Source: an uncultured Caldithrix sp.
Lineage (GTDB): Bacteria; Electryoneota; AABM5-125-24; Hatepunaeales; Hatepunaeaceae
Length of the DNA stretch: 64,000 nucleotides
Direction of reading: 5' to 3'
Assembly: GCA_964355675.1 (NCBI GenBank)
Contig: CAYHEC010000017.1
Coordinates: 4,310 to 68,309, forward strand
The notes below the pieces were generated by a model. The model had not been told where the DNA came from, did no database searches, and was given only the letters and a program-made list of their open reading frames with translations. The position numbers and the translations under genes are program-made. The first letter of the stretch is position 1. Every line of letters starts with the position of its first letter. Positions 45,097 through 54,730 of this stretch are shown one piece after another.

Positions 45097-47067
45097 ATGA
45101 ATTTTTACTGGAGTTCTCGGTTCCATTTTGCAGTACTGATCGTGTCGTCGAATCTCGGCGCCGCTCTACTGCAGGATGGCCATGCAACAATCCCTGCCAA
45201 TCTTCCGGAACACCCCTTTATTAGAGAGCTCAGACCGGTCAATTGCCAAGGATCGAGCCTTCCTTCCCAGAGCCTGATCCGGACTAACCCTGCCCGTCTT
45301 CCTGCCAGAGATGATTCCGATGAAGATATTTCCTACTGCAACGAAGAGGATATCGAATATCTATGGACTCTTCCCGATGCATTTGGCGACCATAGTTATT
45401 TCGAACGATTCACGCCAGCGGAAGCTCCTTTTCGCCTCATCGGCTTAAGAATCGTCCTGCATAATTTATTCGGTAATGCGGGGCATCCTGACATGCGCGT
45501 TTCTATTGCTACCAGTGACCGCAATCTGCCTGATGATGAGATCGAATCATTTGTAGTGCCAACCGAGGACCTCGTCTTAAGTCCGAATGGAGATTGGTTT
45601 TGGAATGAATATCTTTTCGACGAATATGGTGTCGGTGCGATAAGGTTTGAGGAAGCGGTGGATTTCCATCTGATTATCAACATTGCACCTAATAATGACG
45701 AAGACACTCTCGCTCTCGTCACCGATGATGGTCGCCGTCGTATCGACAGGAGCGGCCTTTTCGATGGGATGGACTCAACGTATGTGCTATTCAGAAATCT
45801 TCAGGGCGTTCGTATTTCGGTGAATTTTGCGCTGGTCGCCATCGTAGAGTACGGAGACGCTCCGGTAAGACAGGTGATTTCACTCCGGGAAGGCTGGAAC
45901 ACAATCTCGCTCAATGTTTCTCCTACTGCCATCGACTGGATAGAAGATTTAGGTCCCGACCCAAGAGGTATGATACAGCAATTCCGTATCGATGATGAAC
46001 ACCACCATGTGATTATGTTGAAGGACAGATTCGGGCAATTTTGCTCTCCTCAAGACGATGTGTGGGACATTCCGTATTGGAATTTATCAGACGGTTACCA
46101 GATCAAGGTCGATGAACCCCTCCGGGGTTCGTGGACTGGAACAGCCATAGATCCACAAAGTCCGCTTCCGCTTGCCCCGGGATGGAACATGGTTCCTTAT
46201 TACCCTGAATACGAGCTATCCGCGGCTTCGCCGGAATTTGAGGTTGTGAGTTCTATTCTCGACCAACTAATCGTTGTTAAAGACGATGCTGGAAACTTCA
46301 TGCTCCCTTCGCTGAACTTTTCTAACATGGCTGATTGGCAGCCGGGGAAGGGCTACCAGATCAAAGTTGACGCCGATTGCGATCTTACCTATCCAGGCGA
46401 CGAGGGCCGGACAAATTCCCCAAGATCTGCTGACGCCCCCAAGCCAATTCATTGGTCATTAGAAGCCCCGAGTTCTGACAATATGTTGCTTTTGATAAAC
46501 TCATTCGGGGAGTCACTATTCGTGGACGGTGATGAGATTGGCGCATTTGACTCACAGGGGAGTCTCGTTGGATCTGGCGTTATTGTTGAGGGGAGGTGCG
46601 GGCTTGCTTTATGGGGCGAAGATCCATCAGGAACCGTTAAGGATGGACTTACAGTAGGCGAAGAGCCATCATTCAGGCTTTGGCGCTCAGAGAGGTCGGA
46701 AGAATCTTCACTGCTGATAAAAGATTCGCAACATGGTAAGCCTATCCGGTATGCTCGCAATGATGTTGTTGTTGGTAGCGCTGTCATCGTCGAAGCACTT
46801 CCTGAGAGGTCATCGCTTACTTCTGTTCATCCAAATCCGTTCAACAGTTTTACCCTTATTGAATATTTACTTGCCGAGTCTGGCATTGTTACTATTGTTC
46901 TCTGCGATACGCAAGGGAGAATTGTCGCCCAAATATTCGAGGGGAACAGAGAAGCTGGCAGATACATGGAAAGAGTCGATGGCGGTGAGCTTGCGGCAGG
47001 TCTCTATTTCCTTAGGATGAATGCGGGAAAATATTTAAGTATGACGAGGATTGTATTGTTGAAATGA
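45097..47067 (+). CDS. Large secreted hypothetical protein with T9SS C-terminal sorting domain
   Basis: C-terminus VHPNPFNSFTLIEYLL...GLYFLRMNAGKYLSMTRIVLLK; 656 aa. Confidence 0.65.
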   Translation: MNFYWSSRFHFAVLIVSSNLGAALLQDGHATIPANLPEHPFIRELRPVNCQGSSLPSQSLIRTNPARLPARDDSDEDISYCNEEDIEYLWTLPDAFGDHSYFERFTPAEAPFRLIGLRIVLHNLFGNAGHPDMRVSIATSDRNLPDDEIESFVVPTEDLVLSPNGDWFWNEYLFDEYGVGAIRFEEAVDFHLIINIAPNNDEDTLALVTDDGRRRIDRSGLFDGMDSTYVLFRNLQGVRISVNFALVAIVEYGDAPVRQVISLREGWNTISLNVSPTAIDWIEDLGPDPRGMIQQFRIDDEHHHVIMLKDRFGQFCSPQDDVWDIPYWNLSDGYQIKVDEPLRGSWTGTAIDPQSPLPLAPGWNMVPYYPEYELSAASPEFEVVSSILDQLIVVKDDAGNFMLPSLNFSNMADWQPGKGYQIKVDADCDLTYPGDEGRTNSPRSADAPKPIHWSLEAPSSDNMLLLINSFGESLFVDGDEIGAFDSQGSLVGSGVIVEGRCGLALWGEDPSGTVKDGLTVGEEPSFRLWRSERSEESSLLIKDSQHGKPIRYARNDVVVGSAVIVEALPERSSLTSVHPNPFNSFTLIEYLLAESGIVTIVLCDTQGRIVAQIFEGNREAGRYMERVDGGELAAGLYFLRMNAGKYLSMTRIVLLK

Positions 47068-47111
47068 TCCCACTTTGAATTAGAACCTATTCTAAGCTTG
47101 CCTGAACTTCG

Positions 47112-47160
47112 AGACCAAGCTGTCATTTCTGCCGGAATGACAGCTTGGTCTTGATTTTAA
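47112..47160 (+). terminator. Rho-independent terminator
   Basis: gagaccaagctgtcatttctgccggaatgacagcttggtcttgatttt. Confidence 0.75.
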
Positions 47161-47293
47161 CACCCCTGATAGCCTAAGCAATCAGGGCTTTCTCGCTATA
47201 TACATTCACTAAAGTGGGTTATTTTACGCAAGAGGTTATGAAAAGATGAAATAATTAACACGAAATACCTCGCCTGGTGTGTCAACAAAGGAA

Positions 47294-47308
47294 TGGCACG
47301 CCGATTGC
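47294..47308 (+). promoter_or_regulatory. Candidate sigma-54 (-24/-12) promoter TGGCAC-N5-TTGC
   Basis: Exact match tggcacgccgattgc about 300 bp upstream of the multiheme cytochrome operon, oriented toward it. Confidence 0.5.
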
Positions 47309-47615
47309 GAAAGGTTTCAAGAGAAATTGTTTCAAATATGAAATCTATTTCAATATAGACCGCACTGCTTCCTTTAAAATATTCCTTCACTTTCGTCTAT
47401 TATACTGAAATTTGTCCCTTATAAGACAAATCACATCTTCGAACAAATTACAGTGAAATCCTCCCAATAGTTGGAGTCACATTATTTTGTGCCATGTTCG
47501 TAAGGCATTTCTCAGCTGGTTTCCTGCCCAATTCTGCCAGCTAATCTTACTGTCAGACAAGGGAGCCCGGTTGGCGGGTATTATTTGCTCTTCTCAGTCA
47601 ATAGAATGAAAGCAT

Positions 47616-48350
47616 ATGCCAGATCAAATTAAACGTCTGTTGGTAGTAATCGCGATCATAGCGGTTTGCTTCCTGGTTGTTCGAACCTTCTTCATTCCGG
47701 ATAGTTTTGGTAAGTTCGGTCATTACCGTGCCGTGTCGCTTGATTCGGTTGCGGCTCTCCCGACCAGCTATGCCGGTCACAATGCCTGTCTCGAATGTCA
47801 CGATGATATCGATCAGATCAAGAAAGCGTCTTATCATCGTACTGTAAGCTGTGAAGCATGTCATGGACCGGGTCGCGGGCATATAGAAAGTATGGGAGAC
47901 AGCGTACTGGCGGCTCCTCGCGACCGTGATTACTGCGTTTTATGTCATGGTTACAGCTCCGCCAAACCGACCGGTTTCCCACAGATAGATCCGATAGTTC
48001 ACAATCCAGTGAAACCTTGCATCACGTGTCACAATCCGCACGCCCCGGATCCACCAAGAATTCCGGGTGATTGCAGTGCCTGTCACGCCGTTATTGCACG
48101 AACCAAGGCGGTATCTCCTCACGCCCTGCTTGAATGCACTCAATGCCACATGACGCCGGAAGAACATAAGGTAAATCCCCGCATGGTCAAACCCGGGAAG
48201 CCTATCGTGCGAGCCGACTGCGGGACATGCCATGCAAAAGAGGCCGCGAGTGACAAATCGATTCCGAGGATCGATATCGAACGCCATGGTGACGGCTTCC
48301 TATGTTGGAATTGCCACTACCCCCATAATCCGGAGTCAAATAAGAAATGA
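47616..48350 (+). CDS. Membrane-anchored octaheme c-type cytochrome (NrfB/DsrJ-position electron carrier)
   Basis: N-terminal TM helix; eight CxxCH motifs in 244 aa. Confidence 0.8.
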   Translation: MPDQIKRLLVVIAIIAVCFLVVRTFFIPDSFGKFGHYRAVSLDSVAALPTSYAGHNACLECHDDIDQIKKASYHRTVSCEACHGPGRGHIESMGDSVLAAPRDRDYCVLCHGYSSAKPTGFPQIDPIVHNPVKPCITCHNPHAPDPPRIPGDCSACHAVIARTKAVSPHALLECTQCHMTPEEHKVNPRMVKPGKPIVRADCGTCHAKEAASDKSIPRIDIERHGDGFLCWNCHYPHNPESNKK

Positions 48351-49117
48351 TTGAAAATATAGATGAACGAAGGAAATTCGTAAAGACGCTTGTCGGGCTT
48401 GTCGCGACGGCAGGAGCCATCCCTTTACTTTCGACCTTCGATAAAATATATGCCAACGCCAACGATACTGAGAATGAGTTGATCGGTGGAAAAAAGTATG
48501 GTATGGGCATTAATATCAAGTCGTGTATCGGTTGCGGTAGGTGCGTCGAAGCCTGCAAGAACGAAAATCAAGTCCCCAAGGATCCCTATCACTTCCGAAC
48601 GTGGGTCGAGCGGTATGCGATTTTAATGACTGGCGAGACCAAGGTCGATAGTCCCAATGGCGGAATGGAAGGATTTCCGGTCGATGCAAGCGAAGGCGAA
48701 ATCTTGCGTAGTTTTTTTGCTCCAAAGCTCTGCAACCATTGCAGTAATGCGCCTTGCGTTCAGGTCTGCCCAGTCGGCGCTACCTACACCACTCCTGATG
48801 GTGTTGTATTAGTCGATAAAGACTACTGCATAGGCTGTCGATATTGCATTCAGGCATGTCCTTACGGTGCGAGGTTTTTCGATCCTGCCACCAGAGTTGC
48901 GTCCAAATGCACGTTCTGTTATCATCGGTTAGCCAAGGGTCTGTTGCCAGCTTGTGTCGAAGTTTGCCCAACTCAGGCGAGAATATTTGGCGATACGCTT
49001 GCACGAGCCAGCCAATTGACGCGATTCTTCCGTTTCAATGAAATACAGGTTCTAAAACCGGACCTAAATACCAGACCACAAGTCTTCTATGCCGGTCTTG
49101 ATGGGGTGGTTCGATAA
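48347..49117 (+). CDS. Tat-exported 4x[4Fe-4S] ferredoxin-type subunit (NrfC/DsrO/PsrB-like)
   Basis: RRKFVK Tat-like N-terminus; four Cys clusters CIGCGRCVEAC, CNHCSNAPCVQVCP, CIGCRYCIQACP, CTFC...CVEVCP. Confidence 0.8.
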   Translation: MIENIDERRKFVKTLVGLVATAGAIPLLSTFDKIYANANDTENELIGGKKYGMGINIKSCIGCGRCVEACKNENQVPKDPYHFRTWVERYAILMTGETKVDSPNGGMEGFPVDASEGEILRSFFAPKLCNHCSNAPCVQVCPVGATYTTPDGVVLVDKDYCIGCRYCIQACPYGARFFDPATRVASKCTFCYHRLAKGLLPACVEVCPTQARIFGDTLARASQLTRFFRFNEIQVLKPDLNTRPQVFYAGLDGVVR

Positions 49118-50325
49118 TGGATAGACTAACCGAACAATTAGCACATGCCCTTAAAAGCATCACTGGATATATCTATCCCAACGAGATTGAACTGCATTGG
49201 GGTATTCTGATCGTTATTTACCCCTACCTCACCGGACTCGTTGCGGGAGCGTTTATCCTTGCGTCTCTGGTTAAGGTATTCAAAGTCAAAGCCCTCGAAC
49301 CGACATACAGACTGTCATTACTGACAGCTCTCTCCTTTCTTATCATTGCCCCTGTACCGCTTCTTTCGCACTTGGGTCACCCGGAACGATTTTACGAAAT
49401 ATTGTTCACGCCTAATTCCAAGTCAGCGATGGCAATGTTCGGATTTGTGTACGCTTGGTATTTGATGATGGTGTTACTACTCGAAATCTGGTTTGATTAC
49501 CGTGCGGAGTTTGTAAGATGGGCTTCGGAATCCACTGGGATTAAAAAACTTGCCTACCGAGCGTTTGCGTTGTGGTCATCAGATATCTCAGAAAAAGCAA
49601 TAGCTTTCGATAAACGGGCTGTCCGATATATCACACTTATCGGTATCCCTTCAGCATTTCTACTGCATGGGTATGTCGGCTTTATCTTCGGTTCGATCAA
49701 AGCCAATCCTTGGTGGAGCAGTGTGCTGATCCCCGTAGTGTTTCTGTTTTCTGCTATCGTTTCCGGAATTGCACTGATGTTGGTCATCTACCTTGTGACG
49801 ACACTGTGGCGTGGGAAAAAACTTGATATGCCGTGTCTTGACAAAATGTCAGAGTTTCTTCTATACGCGTTGATTATCGATTTCTCGCTTGAGCTTCTCG
49901 ATTTTGTCCATCGACTGTACCAGTCAGAGGAGTCGATAGAGATTCTTGGGAATATGATTTCAAGCCGACTTTTCATAAGCTTGATCATCGTGCAGATGTT
50001 GATGGGGACGATACTTCCGTTAATCGCACTGGGAATTACAAGAGTGCGTCGTCGAGTTTTGCCTGAGGAACTCAGAAGAATGATCTACCTGCTCGCGGCG
50101 ATCTTAATTCAGGCGGGAATCTTCAGCACTCGTTGGAATGTCGTGATTGGTGGGCAGTTATTTTCGAAGAGCCTTCGTGGGCTGACCATTTACAAAATGG
50201 AAGTTCTCGGGATTGAGGGCTTGCTGGTATCAATCGTGTTGCTGGTTCTGCCATTCATAGTACTGGGTATTATCGTGAAAATTCTACCGCCGTGGGAAGA
50301 AGAAGTTCACACTCCAGCCGCTTGA
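49117..50325 (+). CDS. NrfD/PsrC-family integral membrane quinol-interacting subunit
   Basis: About 10 TM helices; 402 aa; operon position after the NrfC-like gene. Confidence 0.7.
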   Translation: MDRLTEQLAHALKSITGYIYPNEIELHWGILIVIYPYLTGLVAGAFILASLVKVFKVKALEPTYRLSLLTALSFLIIAPVPLLSHLGHPERFYEILFTPNSKSAMAMFGFVYAWYLMMVLLLEIWFDYRAEFVRWASESTGIKKLAYRAFALWSSDISEKAIAFDKRAVRYITLIGIPSAFLLHGYVGFIFGSIKANPWWSSVLIPVVFLFSAIVSGIALMLVIYLVTTLWRGKKLDMPCLDKMSEFLLYALIIDFSLELLDFVHRLYQSEESIEILGNMISSRLFISLIIVQMLMGTILPLIALGITRVRRRVLPEELRRMIYLLAAILIQAGIFSTRWNVVIGGQLFSKSLRGLTIYKMEVLGIEGLLVSIVLLVLPFIVLGIIVKILPPWEEEVHTPAA

Positions 50326-50450
50326 TCGGAAAGGGTGGGGATAGTTCCGTTTAACTGCGTATTCTAATTTGTGTTCGAGTAGTCACTTAGGTGGCGAAAG
50401 ACTTATATCTGTCGCAACTAACAACACTTCGAGGTTATTAGAGGAATAAA

Positions 50451-50708
50451 ATGACGGAAAACAGTGAACAAAGGTCAAATTGGCAGGCTCATCTGACTGG
50501 GATACTCGCTTGGCTAATTCTGGTAGGAGGAATTCTCTACGGAGTAATCGAGATGATATTTGTTGGATTTTGGTCTGGATTTCTGCTTGCGGCGGGAGTA
50601 TCTACGGTCTGCGTTTTATTTGCGGTTGGTTTGCTGACTTTAAGCCATGTTTTATTTAGAATTGGCGCGGTCGAAGATGAACTTAACAAATTGCAGAAGA
50701 AGGAATGA
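50451..50708 (+). CDS. Small 2-TM membrane protein
   Basis: Good RBS (gaggaataaaATG); two hydrophobic helices. Confidence 0.45.
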   Translation: MTENSEQRSNWQAHLTGILAWLILVGGILYGVIEMIFVGFWSGFLLAAGVSTVCVLFAVGLLTLSHVLFRIGAVEDELNKLQKKE

Positions 50709-50752
50709 CGGGAAGAATCAAACTGTCAACCACCTGATGCAAAAGATATTGA

Positions 50753-50800
50753 AACAGAAAGAAGTCAGCCATCACGGCTGACTTCTTTCTGTTTTGAATT
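50753..50800. terminator. Bidirectional terminator between convergent genes
   Basis: cagaaagaagtcagccatcacggctgacttctttctg followed by ttttg. Confidence 0.75.
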
Positions 50801-50830
50801 AAACTATCTGATTGAGCTTAGGCGCCCGGA

Positions 50831-52228
50831 CTAATGCGCATACCGTTTCTTAAATTCTTCAGTAGCTTTTGCGCGCTTAACCTTTTCGTCATCCGGCATT
50901 TTGCCGATAAACCAGCGGTGATCTGGAGAGGAGAGAATTTCATCGATCTTCTTGTTGACTTTCTCTGCCGAGTTCTTGTTGCCTGCCAGGTCTGCCTTAT
51001 GCGCCAGCTCTTTTGCCTGCGGGATCAACTCGGTGTAAAAGCGATGGCTGACTTCGAAGAATCCGTGCCATTGTGTATAGTCGGGTGCAAACATAGCGGC
51101 TCCCATACGGGCACGACGACCTTCGTGATGCCAGAGGAAGTACCATGTCCACTCGATCTCATCGTCGAATTGAATATCGGTTGTGATTAACTTCTCGTTA
51201 GTTAAGACACCCATCAACTCACGACCAGGGATGGCGAATTTGGTGTTGTACAATTCAACAACGTTATCGAACTGGTGGTAAAAGGATTGAACATAGTCCG
51301 GCGTGTGACAGACTCCACAGACCTGTTTCATATCGTTCCGGCGAGCCTCCCAAGATTTCACCTGCTTTCCCGCCTTCTTTGCCGATTCATCCACTTTTTC
51401 CGATACTGCGGGTCGTAACGTCCAACTGATTCGCGCTCCGACGTCATGCGTCAGCGGGAGCGCGGGCGTGGCGGACATGTGGCATGTCGCGCATGTCGGA
51501 GCGGCGCTATAGTCTTCTCCCAATACCCATTTGGAGGAGTTGAGATTCATCTTGTCTTTATTGCCGTAATAGGCGATTCCGTGCTTTGACTCCTCGTAAA
51601 TTTCCTTCTGAGGATGGTCGGGGCCAAGATGGCAGCGTCCGCAGTTCTCCGGCTGACGTGCCTGCGCAACCGAAAAGCTATGTCGGGTGTGGCACGCTGA
51701 ACAAGACCCTGTCGATCCGTCCGGATTAATACGTCCCATACCGGTATTGGGCCAGGTGTCAGGATCAAGCTTTCCCGGACCGGTCACCTTTACTTCAGAT
51801 CCGTGGCATTGGCGACAACCAGAGACGGCGGCGGCGGGACCTTCGACAATTTCGCCAAGAATATTGTCAAGTGAGCCGAGTATTTGTGCCGCTCGTGAAT
51901 GATGGCTATTAAGGAATTCAGTAGTTTCTTCCTTATGGCATTTTGCGCAATCGAGCGGCGAGACGATAATGCTGATTGTGTAGCCGTTGTGGTCGAAAGC
52001 GTCGGGATCGCCCTTGGTTGCCTGGTGGCATTCGTAACAGCCGACGTTGGCGCCATAATGCTTTGAACTGCCCCACTGATCGTAAATGCCGGGATTATCG
52101 ACTCTATGGCATTCGATACAGGCTTGGGTTTCGTCTGATAGTTTGGTGATGTACGTTTGATTTTGAATTGCTTGCGGTGGTGACGCTGAAATCAGACAGG
52201 CGGTAATAACGGCAAGGACATCTGTCAT
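50831..52228 (-). CDS. Periplasmic octaheme c-type cytochrome, HAO/ONR-like
   Basis: Signal peptide; eight CxxCH motifs in 465 aa, consistent in size and heme count with the hydroxylamine-oxidoreductase/octaheme reductase family. Confidence 0.65.
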   Translation of the reverse strand: MTDVLAVITACLISASPPQAIQNQTYITKLSDETQACIECHRVDNPGIYDQWGSSKHYGANVGCYECHQATKGDPDAFDHNGYTISIIVSPLDCAKCHKEETTEFLNSHHSRAAQILGSLDNILGEIVEGPAAAVSGCRQCHGSEVKVTGPGKLDPDTWPNTGMGRINPDGSTGSCSACHTRHSFSVAQARQPENCGRCHLGPDHPQKEIYEESKHGIAYYGNKDKMNLNSSKWVLGEDYSAAPTCATCHMSATPALPLTHDVGARISWTLRPAVSEKVDESAKKAGKQVKSWEARRNDMKQVCGVCHTPDYVQSFYHQFDNVVELYNTKFAIPGRELMGVLTNEKLITTDIQFDDEIEWTWYFLWHHEGRRARMGAAMFAPDYTQWHGFFEVSHRFYTELIPQAKELAHKADLAGNKNSAEKVNKKIDEILSSPDHRWFIGKMPDDEKVKRAKATEEFKKRYAH

Positions 52229-52512
52229 TTTGGTTCCTTATAATTATTGAGTGTTTGAGGTGCCTCAACTATATTTGAATATATAAATATGAAACAGATC
52301 GAGCAATTTCTTTTTGATATTAAATTCTAACTCATAAAAGATGGCTGAAACCTGCCTCCGAGTAAATCATTGTCAGGTTACCACACTACAAGGGAATTTG
52401 GGACAAGTTAATTCTCTATACCTGAACGAGTCTCGTTTTTACTTGCAAGAAGGGGGAGTTTGGAGTTAAAATTATAGGTTATAAACAAAACTAACCATGA
52501 CTGATTCAATAT

Positions 52513-53913
52513 ATGACACAAAACCAAAAAACAATAAAGCAAGCAGGCACGATCTCCGGGATAGGTCTTCATACTGGCAACGAATGCAAGCTGACTTTCG
52601 TGCCCGCGCCTGCTAATTACGGCTATAAATTCGTTCGTACCGACGTTGATTTATCTCCGGAAATACCTGCGTTATTGGAAAACGTCGTCGATGTTATGCG
52701 TGGCACAACCATCGGTATCGGCGGAGTCCGGGTGCATACGGTTGAGCACGTTTTGTCGGCGATGGCAGGGCTGGGAATCGACAATGTGCGCATCGAGCTT
52801 ACTGCTGACGAACCGCCAGTTATGGATGGTTCCTCAAAGCCATTCGTCGATATATTACTGGATTGCGGCATCGAAGAGCAGTCCGAAACCAGACAGGTTT
52901 TGATAATCGATGAAGTGATTTCCTACCGAGATGAAGCAAAGTCGATCGACATCGTTGTTATGCCATCCGATCGGTTCCGGGTGACATATCTGATCGACTA
53001 CGATCATCCGGGAATCGGCACCCAATATACATCGATGTACAGCCTCGAAGATGAATACGTTTCAGAATTTTCTTCAGCCAGAACCTTCTGTCTCTTGTCA
53101 GAACTTCAGCATCTTCACCACGCGGGACTCATCAAAGGAGGATCGCTCAGCACGGCGCTGGTGGTCATCGATCATAAGATGACTTTGGATGAGCAGAATG
53201 AACTGCGCGAGATGCTGAACTTTAGGGATGAGATTCCGCCTTCCACAACTGGAATACTGGGCAATGTTGAGCAACGTTTTCCAAATGAGCTGGTAAGGCA
53301 TAAAACACTCGATCTTGTTGGCGACCTTGCTTTGTTAGGTGTGCCTTTGAAGGCGCATGTCTTATGCGCTCGTGCCGGTCATGGAGCGCATGTCGAATTA
53401 GTGAAATTATTGCGCAAGGAATTGACCAAACAGCAGTTGAAGAAGAAGTACCAAGGAAAGAGTAAAGAGAACTTCGTCTTCGACATTAACGCCATCCAGA
53501 GAATATTGCCGCACCGTTTTCCATTTCTTTTCGTTGACAGGATCACCGAATTGGTTCCCGGTGAACGAGTTGTCGGGATTAAAAATGTCACCGGCGGAGA
53601 GCCTTTTTTTCAGGGACATTTCCCCGGACACCCAATCATGCCTGGAGTATTGGTTGTCGAAGCTCTTGGGCAGTGTGGGGGGGTATTGTTGTTGAACACT
53701 CAAGCCAAGCCCGAAGAAAAACTCGTTTTCTTCACCGGTCTCGACGGAGTAAAATTCCGTAAGCCTGTTCTGCCAGGAGATCAGCTTCGTCTCGAGGTTG
53801 AAATGATATTTTTCAAACGAGGTATCTGCCGAATGCGCGGCCGTGCGTTCGTAGGCGATCAGTTGGCTGTTGAGGCAGATTTGCAGGCGGCGGTAATTGA
53901 CCGGGAAAGATAG
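52513..53913 (+). CDS. lpxC-fabZ: Bifunctional UDP-3-O-acyl-GlcNAc deacetylase / 3-hydroxyacyl-ACP dehydratase (LpxC-FabZ fusion)
   Basis: N-terminus GIGLHTGNECKLTF (LpxC); C-terminus FPFLFVDRI...GHFPGHPIMPGVL (FabZ hot-dog). Confidence 0.85.
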   Translation: MTQNQKTIKQAGTISGIGLHTGNECKLTFVPAPANYGYKFVRTDVDLSPEIPALLENVVDVMRGTTIGIGGVRVHTVEHVLSAMAGLGIDNVRIELTADEPPVMDGSSKPFVDILLDCGIEEQSETRQVLIIDEVISYRDEAKSIDIVVMPSDRFRVTYLIDYDHPGIGTQYTSMYSLEDEYVSEFSSARTFCLLSELQHLHHAGLIKGGSLSTALVVIDHKMTLDEQNELREMLNFRDEIPPSTTGILGNVEQRFPNELVRHKTLDLVGDLALLGVPLKAHVLCARAGHGAHVELVKLLRKELTKQQLKKKYQGKSKENFVFDINAIQRILPHRFPFLFVDRITELVPGERVVGIKNVTGGEPFFQGHFPGHPIMPGVLVVEALGQCGGVLLLNTQAKPEEKLVFFTGLDGVKFRKPVLPGDQLRLEVEMIFFKRGICRMRGRAFVGDQLAVEADLQAAVIDRER

Positions 53914-54730
53914 GTTAATTAGCAATAGTATATTGACAGATCATCAACAAATAGAACCGGATACAAAACTCATCCTCATCACCAATGATGACGGCATCAA
54001 CGCCCCCGGAATATGGGCGCTTGCTGAGGCTGTGAGAGATCTTGGCGAAGTCTGGATAGTTGCTCCTGATCGTGAAAGGTCGGGAGTAAGCAATGCGTTT
54101 ACCCTGATGACGCCCTTGCGCTATTTCCACCAGCCACGAAACGGATTTGAGAATGTCTATGCCGTGACTGGGACGCCAGTTGACGCGGCAAAATTTGCTC
54201 TGCATGGATTGATGCCTAAAATGCCGGATCTGGTTTTTTCAGGGATTAATCGTGGCGAGAATACCGGTATTAATCTGCTCTATTCCGGGACGGTCGCCGG
54301 CGCAATGGAGGGAGCAATCATTGGGATTCCTTCCATCGCCGTTTCTATTGTCTGGCCAAAGCATTCTGACAAAAGTACTGAGTATTCCCTTGCTTCAAGC
54401 TTTGCGCGGCGTTTGGCGGAAAGAGTATTGGAGGAGGGGCTTCCCTTTGGGACAATGTTGAACGTCAATGTTCCGAATATTCCTGAAAGCGATCTGAAGG
54501 GAATACTGATAACGCCCCAAGCTGAATCTCATTACGAGGAGATCATCGATAAACGAAGCGATCCCCGTGGTAACGAGTACTTCTGGATCAGTGGAGTCAA
54601 CAAATTAATCGATGAGAATGCCGATAGCGATATGAAGGCAGTTCGTGAGAAATATATCGCCGTGACGCCAGTCTGCGCGCGACTAACCAATGAAGGATTT
54701 TTAAAAGAACTGAAAGGTTGGAACCTTTGA
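53897..54730 (+). CDS. surE: 5'/3'-nucleotidase SurE
   Basis: ILITNDDGINAPGI...APDRERSG; exact start uncertain (overlaps the fabZ end). Confidence 0.8.
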   Translation: MTGKDRLISNSILTDHQQIEPDTKLILITNDDGINAPGIWALAEAVRDLGEVWIVAPDRERSGVSNAFTLMTPLRYFHQPRNGFENVYAVTGTPVDAAKFALHGLMPKMPDLVFSGINRGENTGINLLYSGTVAGAMEGAIIGIPSIAVSIVWPKHSDKSTEYSLASSFARRLAERVLEEGLPFGTMLNVNVPNIPESDLKGILITPQAESHYEEIIDKRSDPRGNEYFWISGVNKLIDENADSDMKAVREKYIAVTPVCARLTNEGFLKELKGWNL

